64,000 nt of DNA from Halomonas sp. (GTDB lineage: Bacteria; Pseudomonadota; Gammaproteobacteria; Pseudomonadales; Halomonadaceae), in contig NZ_JBQDLQ010000004.1 in the NCBI RefSeq assembly GCF_052095695.1, positions 4,200 through 68,199 on the forward strand, given 5' to 3'. Both the position numbers and the translations under genes were made by a program. Each line of letters opens with the position of its first letter. Position 1 is the first letter of the stretch. Below the pieces are notes generated by a model that saw only the letters and a program-made list of their open reading frames with translations, was not told the DNA's origin and searched no databases. This document shows positions 27,620-37,701 of the stretch, in pieces.

Positions 27620-29113
27620 ATGACAACAACCAACACTCAAACGCATCTGAATCGAGCCTTCGATCTGGTAGTCCGCAATGGCAAGGTAGCGACGGCAACC
27701 GAGACCTTCGAGGCCGACCTCGGTGTTATTGACGGCAAAATTGCGGCGATTGCTGCCGGTTTGCCCACGGGTAAGCGTGATATCGATGCGCGTGGACGCT
27801 GGGTGCTGCCCGGAGGCATCGACAGTCATTGCCACGTGGAGCAGTTATCGGGAATGGGCCTGATGTGTGCCGATGACTTCTATTCGGCTACCGTTTCCGC
27901 GGCGTTTGGTGGCAACACTACCATCATGCCGTTTGCGGCCCAACATCGCGGCGATAGCGTACGCGAGGTGCTTGAGGATTACAGCGCACGAGCCGAGGAG
28001 AAGGCGGTAATTGATTATGGCTTTCATGTCATCGTTACCAATCTGGATGATCAGGCTCTTAAGATAGATCTTCCGCAAGCTATTCGCCAAGGCGTGACCT
28101 CAATCAAGGTTTTCATGACCTACGAGCGCATGAAACTGGACGATTATCAGATTCTCGACGTGCTAGCTCTGGCCGATCGTGAAGGCGCCTTGGTCATGGT
28201 GCATGCCGAGAATAATGATGTGATTCGCTGGCTGGGTGACCGCCTTGTCGAACGTGGATTGAATGCGCCTAAATACCATGCGGTGGCACACAGCGGGCTC
28301 GCCGAGACGGAAGCTACCAACCGGGTGGTGACGCTCTCCCGGATCCTGGAAACGCCGATTATGATCGTGCATGTCTCGGAAGCCGAGACCTTGGATTGTA
28401 TCCGTCAGGCACAGCAGAAGGGCGCCGCGCTCTATGCTGAGACCTGCCCGCAGTATCTGTTTCTGACCGCGGCCGATATAGACAAGCCAGGTGTCGAAGG
28501 AGCCAAGTTCTGCTGCAGCCCGCCGCCACGTGACGAACGCTGTCAGCGTGCCATGTGGCAGGGGCTGACAGAAGGTACCTTATCGCTCTACTCCTCGGAT
28601 CATGCGCCATATCGCTGGGATGAAACCGGTAAGCTCCCAAAAGGCGAGAATACGGGGTTCCGGGAAATGGCCAACGGCCTGCCAGGCATTGAGGTGCGCA
28701 TGCCGCTATTGTTCAGTGAGGGCTACCTGAAAGGGCGTCTTACAATCAATGAGTTTGTTGCACTCACCGCGACCAACCATGCACGTATGTACGGATTGTA
28801 TCCGCGTAAGGGTAGCATCGCAGTGGGAGCGGACGCCGATATCGTGATCTGGGACGAAGAGCGCGAGATCACGATCACTAACGACCTTTTGCATGACAAC
28901 GTCGATTACACCCCCTATGAGGGCATGAAGGTTACTGGCTGGCCGGATACCGTGATCAACCGCGGGCGTGTCGTCATCGAGAACGGTGAGCTCAAGGTTG
29001 CCCGAGGCAGCGGAGAGTTCTTGCCCTGTGGCCTTCCTGAACCGGTAGCCAAAGCGCGTGCCTCGCGGGATCCAGAGGCGTTGATCCGCAAATTAGTGGA
29101 TACGCCGTTTTGA
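27620..29113 (+). CDS. Hydantoinase/dihydropyrimidinase (cyclic amidohydrolase)
   Basis: [17 protein letters not shown] (carbamylated Lys), VHAEN, ETCPQYL, SSDHAPY. Confidence 0.92.
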   Translation: MTTTNTQTHLNRAFDLVVRNGKVATATETFEADLGVIDGKIAAIAAGLPTGKRDIDARGRWVLPGGIDSHCHVEQLSGMGLMCADDFYSATVSAAFGGNTTIMPFAAQHRGDSVREVLEDYSARAEEKAVIDYGFHVIVTNLDDQALKIDLPQAIRQGVTSIKVFMTYERMKLDDYQILDVLALADREGALVMVHAENNDVIRWLGDRLVERGLNAPKYHAVAHSGLAETEATNRVVTLSRILETPIMIVHVSEAETLDCIRQAQQKGAALYAETCPQYLFLTAADIDKPGVEGAKFCCSPPPRDERCQRAMWQGLTEGTLSLYSSDHAPYRWDETGKLPKGENTGFREMANGLPGIEVRMPLLFSEGYLKGRLTINEFVALTATNHARMYGLYPRKGSIAVGADADIVIWDEEREITITNDLLHDNVDYTPYEGMKVTGWPDTVINRGRVVIENGELKVARGSGEFLPCGLPEPVAKARASRDPEALIRKLVDTPF

Positions 29114-29126
29114 GCGGGAGGGGAGC

Positions 29127-29915
29127 ATGAGTGAAACCATAACGCTGGATAAAGCGGGTGGCGCCGGTGTTCATGTCCATAACCCCTTTCCGATTCTGGA
29201 ATTGGTCGGGCTGTGCAAATCGTTTGGGCAGCAATTGGTGCTGGAGAATATCGATCTGAGTGTGCGCCCTGGGGAACTAGTGTGTGTGATAGGCCCCTCC
29301 GGGTCAGGTAAAAGCACCATGCTGCGCTGCTGCAATCGCTTGGAGGAGCCTAGCGGTGGGCAAGTGATCATCGACGGTATTGATTTGATGGATCGCAATA
29401 CATCCATTGATCGGATGCGCCAGAAGATCGGTATGGTCTTCCAGCAGTTCAACCTCTATCCCCACTACACTGCGCTCGGCAATGTGGCGCTGGCACTGCG
29501 GCTAGTCAAGAAAATGCCCCGTCGTCAGGCAGAAGCGCTGGCCCTTGAGGCGCTGACCCGCGTAGGGCTCGCCGAGCGCGCCGGACATTATCCCCATCAG
29601 CTTTCCGGCGGCCAGCAGCAGCGCGTAGGTATCGCGCGTGCAATCGCCCTGAACCCGATGATTGTGCTGTTCGATGAGCCGACGAGTTCGCTGGATCCAG
29701 AACTCGTTGGCAGCGTACTGAGCGTCATGCGGGAGCTGCGCGAAAGTGGTATGACGATGTTGGTTGTGACCCATGAAATGGAATTTGCTCGTGCCGTGGC
29801 TGACCGTGTGGTGTTCATGGCCGATGGTCATATCGTTGAGCAGGGGCCCCCCGAGCAAATCTTCGCAACACCACTGCAAGAGCGCACACGTGCTTTTGTA
29901 GAGCGGCGTCACTAG
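29127..29915 (+). CDS. Polar amino acid ABC transporter ATP-binding protein
   Basis: [39 protein letters not shown]. Confidence 0.93.
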   Translation: MSETITLDKAGGAGVHVHNPFPILELVGLCKSFGQQLVLENIDLSVRPGELVCVIGPSGSGKSTMLRCCNRLEEPSGGQVIIDGIDLMDRNTSIDRMRQKIGMVFQQFNLYPHYTALGNVALALRLVKKMPRRQAEALALEALTRVGLAERAGHYPHQLSGGQQQRVGIARAIALNPMIVLFDEPTSSLDPELVGSVLSVMRELRESGMTMLVVTHEMEFARAVADRVVFMADGHIVEQGPPEQIFATPLQERTRAFVERRH

Positions 29916-29951
29916 CAACCGAGCCGATTCCCCAACACAGGAGCAATACTC

Positions 29952-30827
29952 ATGTCTTCATTCTTGCCTTCTCCGCTATCTGGCGGAACCGGAAACTGTC
30001 TAAAACTGTCGTTGATCGCTTTGAGTCTCGGTGTAGCCTCAGCATCTGCCGATACACCGGATAGTTATCATGTAGCACTGGATGGCACCTTCGCACCACA
30101 TGCCATGCCGACCATGGACGGTGAGGTGCAAGGTTTCAACGTTGACCTTGCCAATGCGCTTGGTGAGCAGATGGGCGTGGAGATGCAGATTACCGCCGCG
30201 CAGTTTTCCGGGCTGATTCCGGGATTGCAGTCAGGCACCTACGATTTCTTAATGGCGCCAACGACGGTGACCGAAGAGCGCGCCGATAATTTGCTGTTCA
30301 GCGAAGGCTATCTGGACACGGATTTTCAGTTCGTGATCAAGAAAGGGGCGCCGGAAATCACGGACCTTAATCAACTGGCGGGCAAGGTGGTTGCGGTCAA
30401 CAAAGGATCGGCATATGACCGCTGGGCACGCGAGAATGCCGAAAAATACGGTTGGGAAGTAGAAAGCTACGGTACCAACAGCGATGCTATTCAGGCAGTG
30501 ATGGCCGGACGTGCTGCGGCGAACGTGGCCGGTAATACGGTGTCGGCCTACGCAGTTAGTCAGAATCCAGCAATTGAACTTTCCTATCTGGTGGATACTG
30601 GTCTGGTTTGGGCGATTCCGTTTCGTAAGGATGACACCACAACCCGAGATCAAGTGGAACGTGCCTTGGAGTGCTTGAAAACCAACGGCACCATGGCGGA
30701 GTTGTCCATGAGGTGGTTTGGCGTAGAACCCGAAGAAGATGCCACTGCGGTAACGCCAACCCCTGGTTACGGGCAGCCTGAATTTTCGGGTTATGTCGAG
30801 GACGGTCACCCCCTTTCCTGTGATTGA
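29952..30827 (+). CDS. Polar amino acid ABC transporter substrate-binding protein
   Basis: Signal peptide; DGTFAPH, GFNVDLA, FSGLIPGLQSG, TVTEER. Confidence 0.9.
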   Translation: MSSFLPSPLSGGTGNCLKLSLIALSLGVASASADTPDSYHVALDGTFAPHAMPTMDGEVQGFNVDLANALGEQMGVEMQITAAQFSGLIPGLQSGTYDFLMAPTTVTEERADNLLFSEGYLDTDFQFVIKKGAPEITDLNQLAGKVVAVNKGSAYDRWARENAEKYGWEVESYGTNSDAIQAVMAGRAAANVAGNTVSAYAVSQNPAIELSYLVDTGLVWAIPFRKDDTTTRDQVERALECLKTNGTMAELSMRWFGVEPEEDATAVTPTPGYGQPEFSGYVEDGHPLSCD

Positions 30828-30881
30828 GAGCATCTCACTAACACGACGCGAGTCATTCTAAGCAAATGTCGGGCTTAATGC

Positions 30882-30913
30882 CTGAGCGGCGCAGGTAGCG
30901 ACTGCCCGCTCAG
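30882..30913 (+). other. Intercistronic stem-loop after the substrate-binding gene
   Basis: CTGAGCGGCGCAG...CTGCCCGCTCAG hairpin without a U tract; typical position for an mRNA-stabilising element. Confidence 0.45.
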
Positions 30914-30944
30914 ACGCCGGCTGGGTTTCCTAACCCGGGAGTAG

Positions 30945-31634
30945 ATGCATATGGATGGACTAGAGCATTTCCTGCAGGTGTTTTTCGATCCTGTGATCAT
31001 GAAAAAGTACTGGCCAGCGATCTTAGACGGGCTGTGGGTGACGCTGGGGCTATCCGTTACGGTGGTGACCTGTGGAATTTTGCTCGGTCTGGTGCTGGCT
31101 TGTTTGCGAAGTGCCGGTATACGAATTCTCAATCTATTGATTGTGGCTTTCGCTGACATCTGGCGTGCATTGCCACCACTGGTGGTCATACTGATTTTTT
31201 ACTTCGGATTTCCTGGGATTGGGATCACGTTCTCGTCGTGGATGGTGCTATTTCTGGTTCTAAGTCTGGTCTTGGCGGCATTCGCCGAGGAGATTTTCTG
31301 GGCAGGGATTTGCGCCGTGGATATAGGGCAGTGGGAAGCGGCTCATGCGAGCGGTATGCGCCGACTGACAGTATTAGTGTGGATAGTACTTCCCCAAGCG
31401 ATGCGTATGGCGATGCCTTCGCTGACCAATCGTTCCATTGCTATTACCAAAATGACCGCCTTGGGTACCGTTATTGGTGTACCAGAAATTCTTTACCAGG
31501 CATCGAGCGCTCAGTCCTTTTCCGGCAGTGCAACGCCATTGACGTTGGGAGCACTTGCTTATGTCGGTATGTTTTTGCCTTTCGTCATTTTGGGGCGTTG
31601 GCTCGAGTCCCGAATGAACTGGCGGAGGCGCTGA
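30945..31634 (+). CDS. Amino acid ABC transporter permease
   Basis: GLWVTL, RALPPLV, GQWEAA EAA loop, VLPQA. Confidence 0.9.
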   Translation: MHMDGLEHFLQVFFDPVIMKKYWPAILDGLWVTLGLSVTVVTCGILLGLVLACLRSAGIRILNLLIVAFADIWRALPPLVVILIFYFGFPGIGITFSSWMVLFLVLSLVLAAFAEEIFWAGICAVDIGQWEAAHASGMRRLTVLVWIVLPQAMRMAMPSLTNRSIAITKMTALGTVIGVPEILYQASSAQSFSGSATPLTLGALAYVGMFLPFVILGRWLESRMNWRRR

Positions 31635-31635
31635 T

Positions 31636-32301
31636 ATGGATACCATCGTAAGTCAGTTCTTCAACCTTGATCTGATGTGGCAGGCATTCCCGCTCTTGCT
31701 CAAAGGATTAGTGGTCACCCTGCAGATTTGTGTGGTCGTCATTGTCTTGGGCGGCGTAGCTGGGTTGTTGCTGGCAATGGCTACCGATAACTCACGTCGC
31801 TGGATGCGTTGGCCGGCCATTGCGTATGTCGACCTTTTTCGTGCCATGCCGCCGTTGGTGCTGTTGATCTTTGTCTACTCGGGAATACCATTTGCAGGCA
31901 TTAAGTTATCGCCCTATGCAGCGGTGGTGATCGCGTTTGTACTCAACAACTCGGCCTACTACAGCGAAGTCTTCCGGGCAGGGCTTAAATCTATTTCTCC
32001 GGGGCAGTTCGAAGGCGCTCGCTCCACAGGACTGACAAGTGCTCAGGCTATGCTCTGGGTGATTCTGCCGCAGGCGGTACGCAATGTGCTGCCAGACTTG
32101 CTTTCGAACACCGTAGAGGTGGTTAAGCTGACATCGCTGGCCAGTGTGGTGTCACTTGGCGAGCTTATGTATCGCGCCGATATGGCGCGCACCATGAGCT
32201 ACAACTCATCCCCCATTGTTCTGGCAGCACTGATTTATCTGCTGTTGCTCTGGCCGCTGGTGCGCCTGGTCAGTCGTTTCGAACGTAAACATGAGCGCTG
32301 A
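31636..32301 (+). CDS. Amino acid ABC transporter permease
   Basis: YVDLFRAMPPLV, SEVFRAG, GQFEGA, ILPQA. Confidence 0.9.
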   Translation: MDTIVSQFFNLDLMWQAFPLLLKGLVVTLQICVVVIVLGGVAGLLLAMATDNSRRWMRWPAIAYVDLFRAMPPLVLLIFVYSGIPFAGIKLSPYAAVVIAFVLNNSAYYSEVFRAGLKSISPGQFEGARSTGLTSAQAMLWVILPQAVRNVLPDLLSNTVEVVKLTSLASVVSLGELMYRADMARTMSYNSSPIVLAALIYLLLLWPLVRLVSRFERKHER

Positions 32302-32393
32302 CTAAGAAAGCTTAGACTATGGAGCCAACGGCTAGTGTAAGACACGACGCACTGTAGTGATTTTTTAAATACTGTAATGATAAGGAAACAAAC

Positions 32394-33314
32394 ATGCGTG
32401 AATGGGTAATCGGTGCGGCTCAGATGGGCCCTATCCAGAAAAGCGAAAGCCGTGAGGTGGTCGTGGCAAGAATGGTTGCGCTACTGGATCAGGCTGCCGA
32501 ACAAGGATGTGATCTGGTGGTTTATCCTGAATTGGCGCTGACCACATTCTTCCCCCGCTGGTATATGGAAGATCAGGCCGAAGTCGACACCTGGTTCGAG
32601 AGGGAAATGCCCAATGCGGCTACTCAACCACTATTTAAGCGCGCTCGTGAACATAGCATAGCTATCTCGTTTGGCTATGCTGAGTTAACGCCAGAAGGAC
32701 GCCATTTCAATACCTCAATTCTGACCAATCGCCAGGGTGAAATCGTAGGTAAGTATCGTAAGGTTCATCTTCCGGGCCATGTCGAGTATGACACTGGGCG
32801 AGATTTTCAGCATCTTGAGAAGCGTTATTTTGAACCTGGTGATTTAGGCTTCGAGACATTCGATAACGAAGACACATTGATGGGAATGTGTATCTGCAAT
32901 GATCGTCGCTGGCCGGAGACCTGGCGCGTGATGGGTTTGCAGGGCGTCGAGCTGGTCATGCTTGGCTATAACACGCCATCGGTCAATTCCCAGAATCGCG
33001 GTGAAGGGACCGAGAAGCGCCTCTATCACTCCGAGCTTTCGGTGACCGCCGGAGCCTATCAGAATGCTACCTGGGCGGTGGCCGTGGCTAAGGCGGGTAT
33101 AGAAGATGGGTTCCCGCTCATGGGCGGCACGATTATTGTCGATCCAGACGGTTTTGTGGTGGCCCGGACACAAGGCGAAGGTGATGAATTAGTGACTGCG
33201 CACTGTGACATGGAGCTGTGTCAGTTCGGCAAAGAGACCATCTTCGATTTCGCGCGTCATCGTCGTATAGAGCACTACGGACGGATCACTTCGCAGACGG
33301 GGGTCGAGCGTTAA
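32394..33314 (+). CDS. N-carbamoyl-D-amino-acid amidohydrolase (D-carbamoylase, nitrilase fold)
   Basis: Glu-Lys-Cys triad in PELALTTFFPRW, YRKVHLPGH, ICNDRRWPE; QHLEKRYFEPGD as in Agrobacterium-type D-carbamoylases. Confidence 0.9.
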   Translation: MREWVIGAAQMGPIQKSESREVVVARMVALLDQAAEQGCDLVVYPELALTTFFPRWYMEDQAEVDTWFEREMPNAATQPLFKRAREHSIAISFGYAELTPEGRHFNTSILTNRQGEIVGKYRKVHLPGHVEYDTGRDFQHLEKRYFEPGDLGFETFDNEDTLMGMCICNDRRWPETWRVMGLQGVELVMLGYNTPSVNSQNRGEGTEKRLYHSELSVTAGAYQNATWAVAVAKAGIEDGFPLMGGTIIVDPDGFVVARTQGEGDELVTAHCDMELCQFGKETIFDFARHRRIEHYGRITSQTGVER

Positions 33315-33486
33315 GACCTTCGGTGAAACAACAGCATAGCTGAGGAATCTGCATGGCTGTGCAGATCGAAGGAGTGGTCGATCTGGCAGTGCGTTACGGT
33401 TGCGGGCTGAGCATCGCCTGCGTCTATTATCTGCGCCTGGCACACACACTATTGTCGGTATATCTATTCATTAGAGATAATACAAC

Positions 33487-34488
33487 ATGCTCAAGACTCC
33501 CTATCTTTTGTTCCTGGGCGATGTGCCCGATCCGCTATCCGCCAAGGTTGCTCAGGGTATTCGTGACTGGCGTCCGGAGCATGCGTTGGGGCAATACCGG
33601 CTGCCGGGTTGCCAGGCGGATATGCAGCTTCCAGATCTCGATATCGAAGCCGCCGTGGCTCAGGGGGGCAGAACCCTGGTGATTGGCGCTGCCAATCGTG
33701 GTGGTGTGATTTCCCGCAGTTGGATCGTGGTGCTCAAGGAGGCGCTGGCCGCCGGTATGGACATCGCCTCCGGCCTGCACAATCTACTGCGCGAAGAGTC
33801 GGAGCTGGTTGAGGCCGCCGAAAAGCATGGCGGGCGCTTGATCGATGTGCGCGTACCGCAGGTCCAGTACCCGATCGGTGACGGCAAGCCGCGCCGCGGT
33901 AAGCGCTGTCTTGCCGTCGGCACCGACTGTTCAATCGGTAAGATGTACACGGCGCTGGCCCTGGATATTGCACTGCGCGGGCGCGGTGCGAAGTCGAGCT
34001 TTCGCGCCACTGGGCAGACGGGCATCCTTATCACTGGCGAGGGCGTGCCGCTGGATGCCGTCATCGCCGATTTTATGGCCGGTTCGATCGAATGGTTGAC
34101 GCCGGACAACGACGACGACCACTGGGACATCATCGAAGGGCAGGGCAGTCTGTTCCACCCCTCCTATTCCGGGGTCACCATGGCGCTGATCCATGGTGGT
34201 CAGCCGGACGCGTTGATTCTTTGTCATGAGCCGACCCGGACGCATATGCGCGGGTTGCCGCATTATCAGTTGCCGACGCTCGAGACATTGCGTGATACCG
34301 CGCTGCCATTGGCGCAGGTGGTGAATCCCGAGTGCCAGGTCGTTGGCGTCTCGGTCAATACCTCGGGAATGCCAGTCGATGAGGCGGATCGTTATCTACA
34401 GGAGCTGGAGGCACGACTGGGATTGCCGTGTGTCGATCCCTATCGGCAAGGCGCCGATCGTCTGGCGGAAGCGGTGCTGGCATGTTGA
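33487..34488 (+). CDS. dgcN: DUF1611 protein / D-glutamate N-acetyltransferase DgcN
   Basis: PYLLFLGD, VGTDCSIGKMYTAL, FRATGQTGI, EGQGSLFHP, LCHEPTR. Confidence 0.85.
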   Translation: MLKTPYLLFLGDVPDPLSAKVAQGIRDWRPEHALGQYRLPGCQADMQLPDLDIEAAVAQGGRTLVIGAANRGGVISRSWIVVLKEALAAGMDIASGLHNLLREESELVEAAEKHGGRLIDVRVPQVQYPIGDGKPRRGKRCLAVGTDCSIGKMYTALALDIALRGRGAKSSFRATGQTGILITGEGVPLDAVIADFMAGSIEWLTPDNDDDHWDIIEGQGSLFHPSYSGVTMALIHGGQPDALILCHEPTRTHMRGLPHYQLPTLETLRDTALPLAQVVNPECQVVGVSVNTSGMPVDEADRYLQELEARLGLPCVDPYRQGADRLAEAVLAC

Positions 34489-35462
34489 AGCTGACCGTCG
34501 AGGAACAGGTTTTCCCGCTGGCCGAAGTGTTCACCATCTCTCGCGGCTCGCGTACTGACGCGCGAGTTGTCGTGGCGACATTGAGCGATGACGTCCACAC
34601 CGGACGCGGCGAATGCGTCCCTTATGCGCATTACGGCGAGTCGGTCGACAGCGTGATCGCACAGATCGAGTCGATGAGCGATGGATTGATGGCGGGCATG
34701 GATCGACTTGAGCTGCAGTCTCGGCTGCCGGCAGGAGCCGCTCGCAATGCGCTCGACTGCGCTTTCTGGGATCTTGAGGCCAAGCGAACCGGTAAGCCGG
34801 TCTGGGAGCTTGCGAGAATCGGCGCTCCCAAGGCCCAGATCACGGCTTTTACGTTGTCACTGGATACGCCCAATATCATGCGCGAGAAGGCCAGGCATCA
34901 CGCCGCCAGACCGCTACTCAAGCTGAAACTGGGCGGCGAGGGCGATATCGAGCGCCTGCGAGCGGTGCGTGAAGGCGCCCCCAAAGCGCGGATCGTCGTC
35001 GATGCCAACGAGGGGTGGAACCGTGAAACCTACGCACGTCTGGCACCCGTGTTGCTGGAGTTAGGCATCGACATGGTCGAGCAGCCGCTACCGGCCGAGA
35101 ACGACGCGCCGCTGGCGGAAATCGACCGACCACTACCGGTCTGCGCTGATGAAGCGTGTCATGACCGCACATCGCTACCGAATTTGGTTGGCCGCTACGA
35201 CATGGTCAATATCAAGCTCGACAAGACTGGCGGATTGACCGAGGCGCTGGCTCTCAAACAGGAAGCTCTGGCACAAGGTTTCGAGGTCATGGTCGGCTGC
35301 ATGGTGGGCTCGTCGCTGTCGATGGCGCCAGCGTTGCTAGTGGCACAGGGCGCGGCGGTGGTCGATCTCGACGGGCCGCTGCTGTTGGCTCGGGATCGTG
35401 AGCACGGTATGCGTTTCGACGCTGAAGGTATCCATCCGGCAACGCCGGCCTTGTGGGGTTGA
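34482..35462 (+). CDS. dgcA: Enolase-superfamily epimerase / N-acetyl-D-Glu racemase DgcA
   Basis: FTISRG, KLKLG, DANEGW, EQP, NIKLDKTGG, DLDG; overlaps the dgcN stop. Start ATG 34482. Confidence 0.85.
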   Translation: MLKLTVEEQVFPLAEVFTISRGSRTDARVVVATLSDDVHTGRGECVPYAHYGESVDSVIAQIESMSDGLMAGMDRLELQSRLPAGAARNALDCAFWDLEAKRTGKPVWELARIGAPKAQITAFTLSLDTPNIMREKARHHAARPLLKLKLGGEGDIERLRAVREGAPKARIVVDANEGWNRETYARLAPVLLELGIDMVEQPLPAENDAPLAEIDRPLPVCADEACHDRTSLPNLVGRYDMVNIKLDKTGGLTEALALKQEALAQGFEVMVGCMVGSSLSMAPALLVAQGAAVVDLDGPLLLARDREHGMRFDAEGIHPATPALWG

Positions 35463-35552
35463 ACTGTCGTTATTGTGGACAGAGCCACCTACTCCGGCGC
35501 GTTTCAGCAGAGATAAGCATGAACATAAAGACATACATAGAGACAGCATGAG

Positions 35553-36416
35553 ATGACACAGCGCACGGTCTACGTGAATGGCGACTATGTCGCGGAACAG
35601 GACGCCAAAGTATCGGTTTTTGATCGCGGCTTTCTGCTCGCCGATGGCGTCTACGAGGTTTCGTCGGTGCTGGACGGCAAGCTAATCGATTTCCCTGGCC
35701 ATATGCAGAGATTGAAGCGCTCAGCGGTAGAGCTCGAGATGGCCTTGCCGTGGGGTGACGATAAACTGTTGGAGATTCATCGCGAGCTGATCCGGCTCAA
35801 CGCGCTCAAAGAAGGCATGGTCTATCTACAGCTGACTCGAGGCAGTGCCGGTGATCGTGATTTTGGCTATCCAGAGGCTGCAACGCCGCCCACGCTGGTG
35901 CTGTTTACCCAGGCCAAAGTGCTGGTTGAAAGTCGTAGTGGCCGAGAAGGCATTCGCGTCGCGACGCAGCCTGATTGGCGCTGGGCCCGGCGTGACATTA
36001 AGACGGTACAGTTGCTCTACCCCGCAATGGCCAAAATGGCAGCGAAAGCGGCTGGTGCCGATGACGCTTGGCTGGTTGAGAGTGGTGTGGTAACAGAAGG
36101 GGCGTCGAATAATGCCTGGATGCTGACTCACGAGGGGGTGTTGGTAACGCGCGAACTTTCTCACGCTATCCTGCCGGGAATAACCCGCGCCGTCGTTCTA
36201 GAGGTCGCCGCGTCGCTCTCCTTGCGTGTCGAGGAGCGGTCATTCAGCGTCGCGGAAGCACAGAGCGCCAAGGAGTGCTTCGTAACGTCAGCGTCCTCGT
36301 TCGTCACGCCGGTCATTGCAATCGATGATGTCAATATTGGTGACGGCTATCCTGGTGAGGTATCGCGGCAACTGCGCGAAGCGTACATCGTGGAAAGTCG
36401 ACGTCGCGTCATGTGA
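35553..36416 (+). CDS. dat: D-amino-acid transaminase (class IV PLP)
   Basis: DRGFLLADGVYEV, RRDIKTVQLL, EGASNN, ILPGITR. Confidence 0.88.
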   Translation: MTQRTVYVNGDYVAEQDAKVSVFDRGFLLADGVYEVSSVLDGKLIDFPGHMQRLKRSAVELEMALPWGDDKLLEIHRELIRLNALKEGMVYLQLTRGSAGDRDFGYPEAATPPTLVLFTQAKVLVESRSGREGIRVATQPDWRWARRDIKTVQLLYPAMAKMAAKAAGADDAWLVESGVVTEGASNNAWMLTHEGVLVTRELSHAILPGITRAVVLEVAASLSLRVEERSFSVAEAQSAKECFVTSASSFVTPVIAIDDVNIGDGYPGEVSRQLREAYIVESRRRVM

Positions 36417-36530
36417 GCTGTGTTCATAAGCTGCAGAAGAGCAAGCTTGCCGATCAGAATAGTATAAGCATTCACCACAAGGTGCTTTAGCCTCAATCTA
36501 TTGCACTTGGTTATGTTATATCGCGAGGTA

Positions 36531-36664
36531 CCTCAACAGTCCAATCGCTAGCGGCGTCTCGTCGTTTCACTGGTTCCCTCAATTTAGCGAAAAGTGGCTC
36601 TTTATCGTAGACCATTATAGCGGCAAGCTGTGGTGATTAACCACACTTAAGGAGTTTCCTTTAT
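36531..36664 (+). repeat. 134-bp imperfect direct repeat, right copy
   Basis: Matches 24029-24162; contains the RBS and first bases of the GNAT gene and, on the minus strand, a stub of the MocR N-terminus (VKRRDAASDWTVE). Confidence 0.95.
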
Positions 36665-37112
36665 GGCTAACATTCGTTCGGCAGTACTCAGTGACTTAGA
36701 ACCGCTTAGCGCCTTACTCGATGGTTATCGCCAGTTTTATGCCCAGTCGAGTGATATTCAGGCGGCGCGAGATTTTCTGCGTCAGCGTATGGGCTTAGGG
36801 GATTCATTTATTTTGGTGAGCGAAAACAGTGAAGGTACCCTCACCGGCTTTGTGCAGCTTTATCCTGGCGTTTCCACGGTGGGCTTGAATGCACGCTGGA
36901 CGCTAAATGATCTATTTGTGTTGCCGGACTGCCGTGATAAGGGCACAGGCAGAGCGCTAATGGAAGCCGCCACACGGCTAGCCCACGATCATGGTGTAGC
37001 GCGTTTGATACTCATGACCCAGGTAGAGAACGAGCGTGCCCAACATCTTTATGAATCACTGGGCTGGCAGCGTAATACGGCGTTTTATGGTTATTTGCTG
37101 GATATTAAGTAA
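36663..37112 (+). CDS. GNAT-family N-acetyltransferase
   Basis: GYRQFY, GFVQLYP, LNDLFV...RDKGTGRALM, NERAQHLYESLG. Confidence 0.9.
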   Translation: MANIRSAVLSDLEPLSALLDGYRQFYAQSSDIQAARDFLRQRMGLGDSFILVSENSEGTLTGFVQLYPGVSTVGLNARWTLNDLFVLPDCRDKGTGRALMEAATRLAHDHGVARLILMTQVENERAQHLYESLGWQRNTAFYGYLLDIK

Positions 37113-37134
37113 GCGTTGCCATTGAGGAGGGCGT

Positions 37135-37611
37135 TTAACTAACACTCTCCGGCAACCTGCACACATCCACCCACTCTGCATTGACTAGCTCGGCTAAGCG
37201 CTTTGGGCTTAGGCGCACGGCGCTTGTGGGCGACCCTGCGGCGGGCAGAACTTCGTCATAGGCGTGGAGCGATTCATCGCAATACACCGGCAAATTGGTG
37301 GCGAGGCCAAAGGGGCAAACGCCACCGACTGGGTGGCTGGTCAGTTCCATCACTGTTTCAGCGTCAAGCATTTTGGCTTTGCCGCCGAAGGTGTCGCGTA
37401 TCTTGCGGTTATCGATTCGTGCGTCGCCGCTGGCCACAATGAGCAGTGGTTTTTCACCGACTTTAAACGCCAGGGTTTTGGCAATTTGGCCTGGGGCGAC
37501 GCCGTGGGCATCAGCGGCGAGTTGCACGGTGGCGGTACTGGTTTCAAGCACTTCGATGTTTACATCTGGCGCGTGCTCGGCAAAAAATTGGCGAACGGTT
37601 TCGATGCCCAT
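37135..37611 (-). CDS. YbaK/EbsC-family aminoacyl-tRNA deacylase-like protein
   Basis: ATVQLAA...QIAKTL, HPVGGVCPFG, VYCDESL, PAAGS. Confidence 0.9.
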   Translation of the reverse strand: MGIETVRQFFAEHAPDVNIEVLETSTATVQLAADAHGVAPGQIAKTLAFKVGEKPLLIVASGDARIDNRKIRDTFGGKAKMLDAETVMELTSHPVGGVCPFGLATNLPVYCDESLHAYDEVLPAAGSPTSAVRLSPKRLAELVNAEWVDVCRLPESVS

Positions 37612-37701
37612 TTTGGGTTCCCTTGGTTATTAATATTCAGCATTAACATTCGTCGGTAATATTAGACGGTTAAATGACTAATCTAACGTGCCTTTGAGAC
37701 A

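Larger units (their letters stand above)
24163..36530. mobile_element. Direct-repeat-bounded metabolic island (~12.4 kb), no mobility gene
   Basis: Flanked by the 134-bp repeats; removing it with one repeat restores a compact divergent MocR/GNAT pair; contains a gene relic. Confidence 0.65.

Noticed and set aside
24029-36664. Island as a prophage, ICE or composite transposon
   Set aside because: No integrase, transposase, phage or conjugation genes, no tRNA, and no IS-like terminal inverted repeats.
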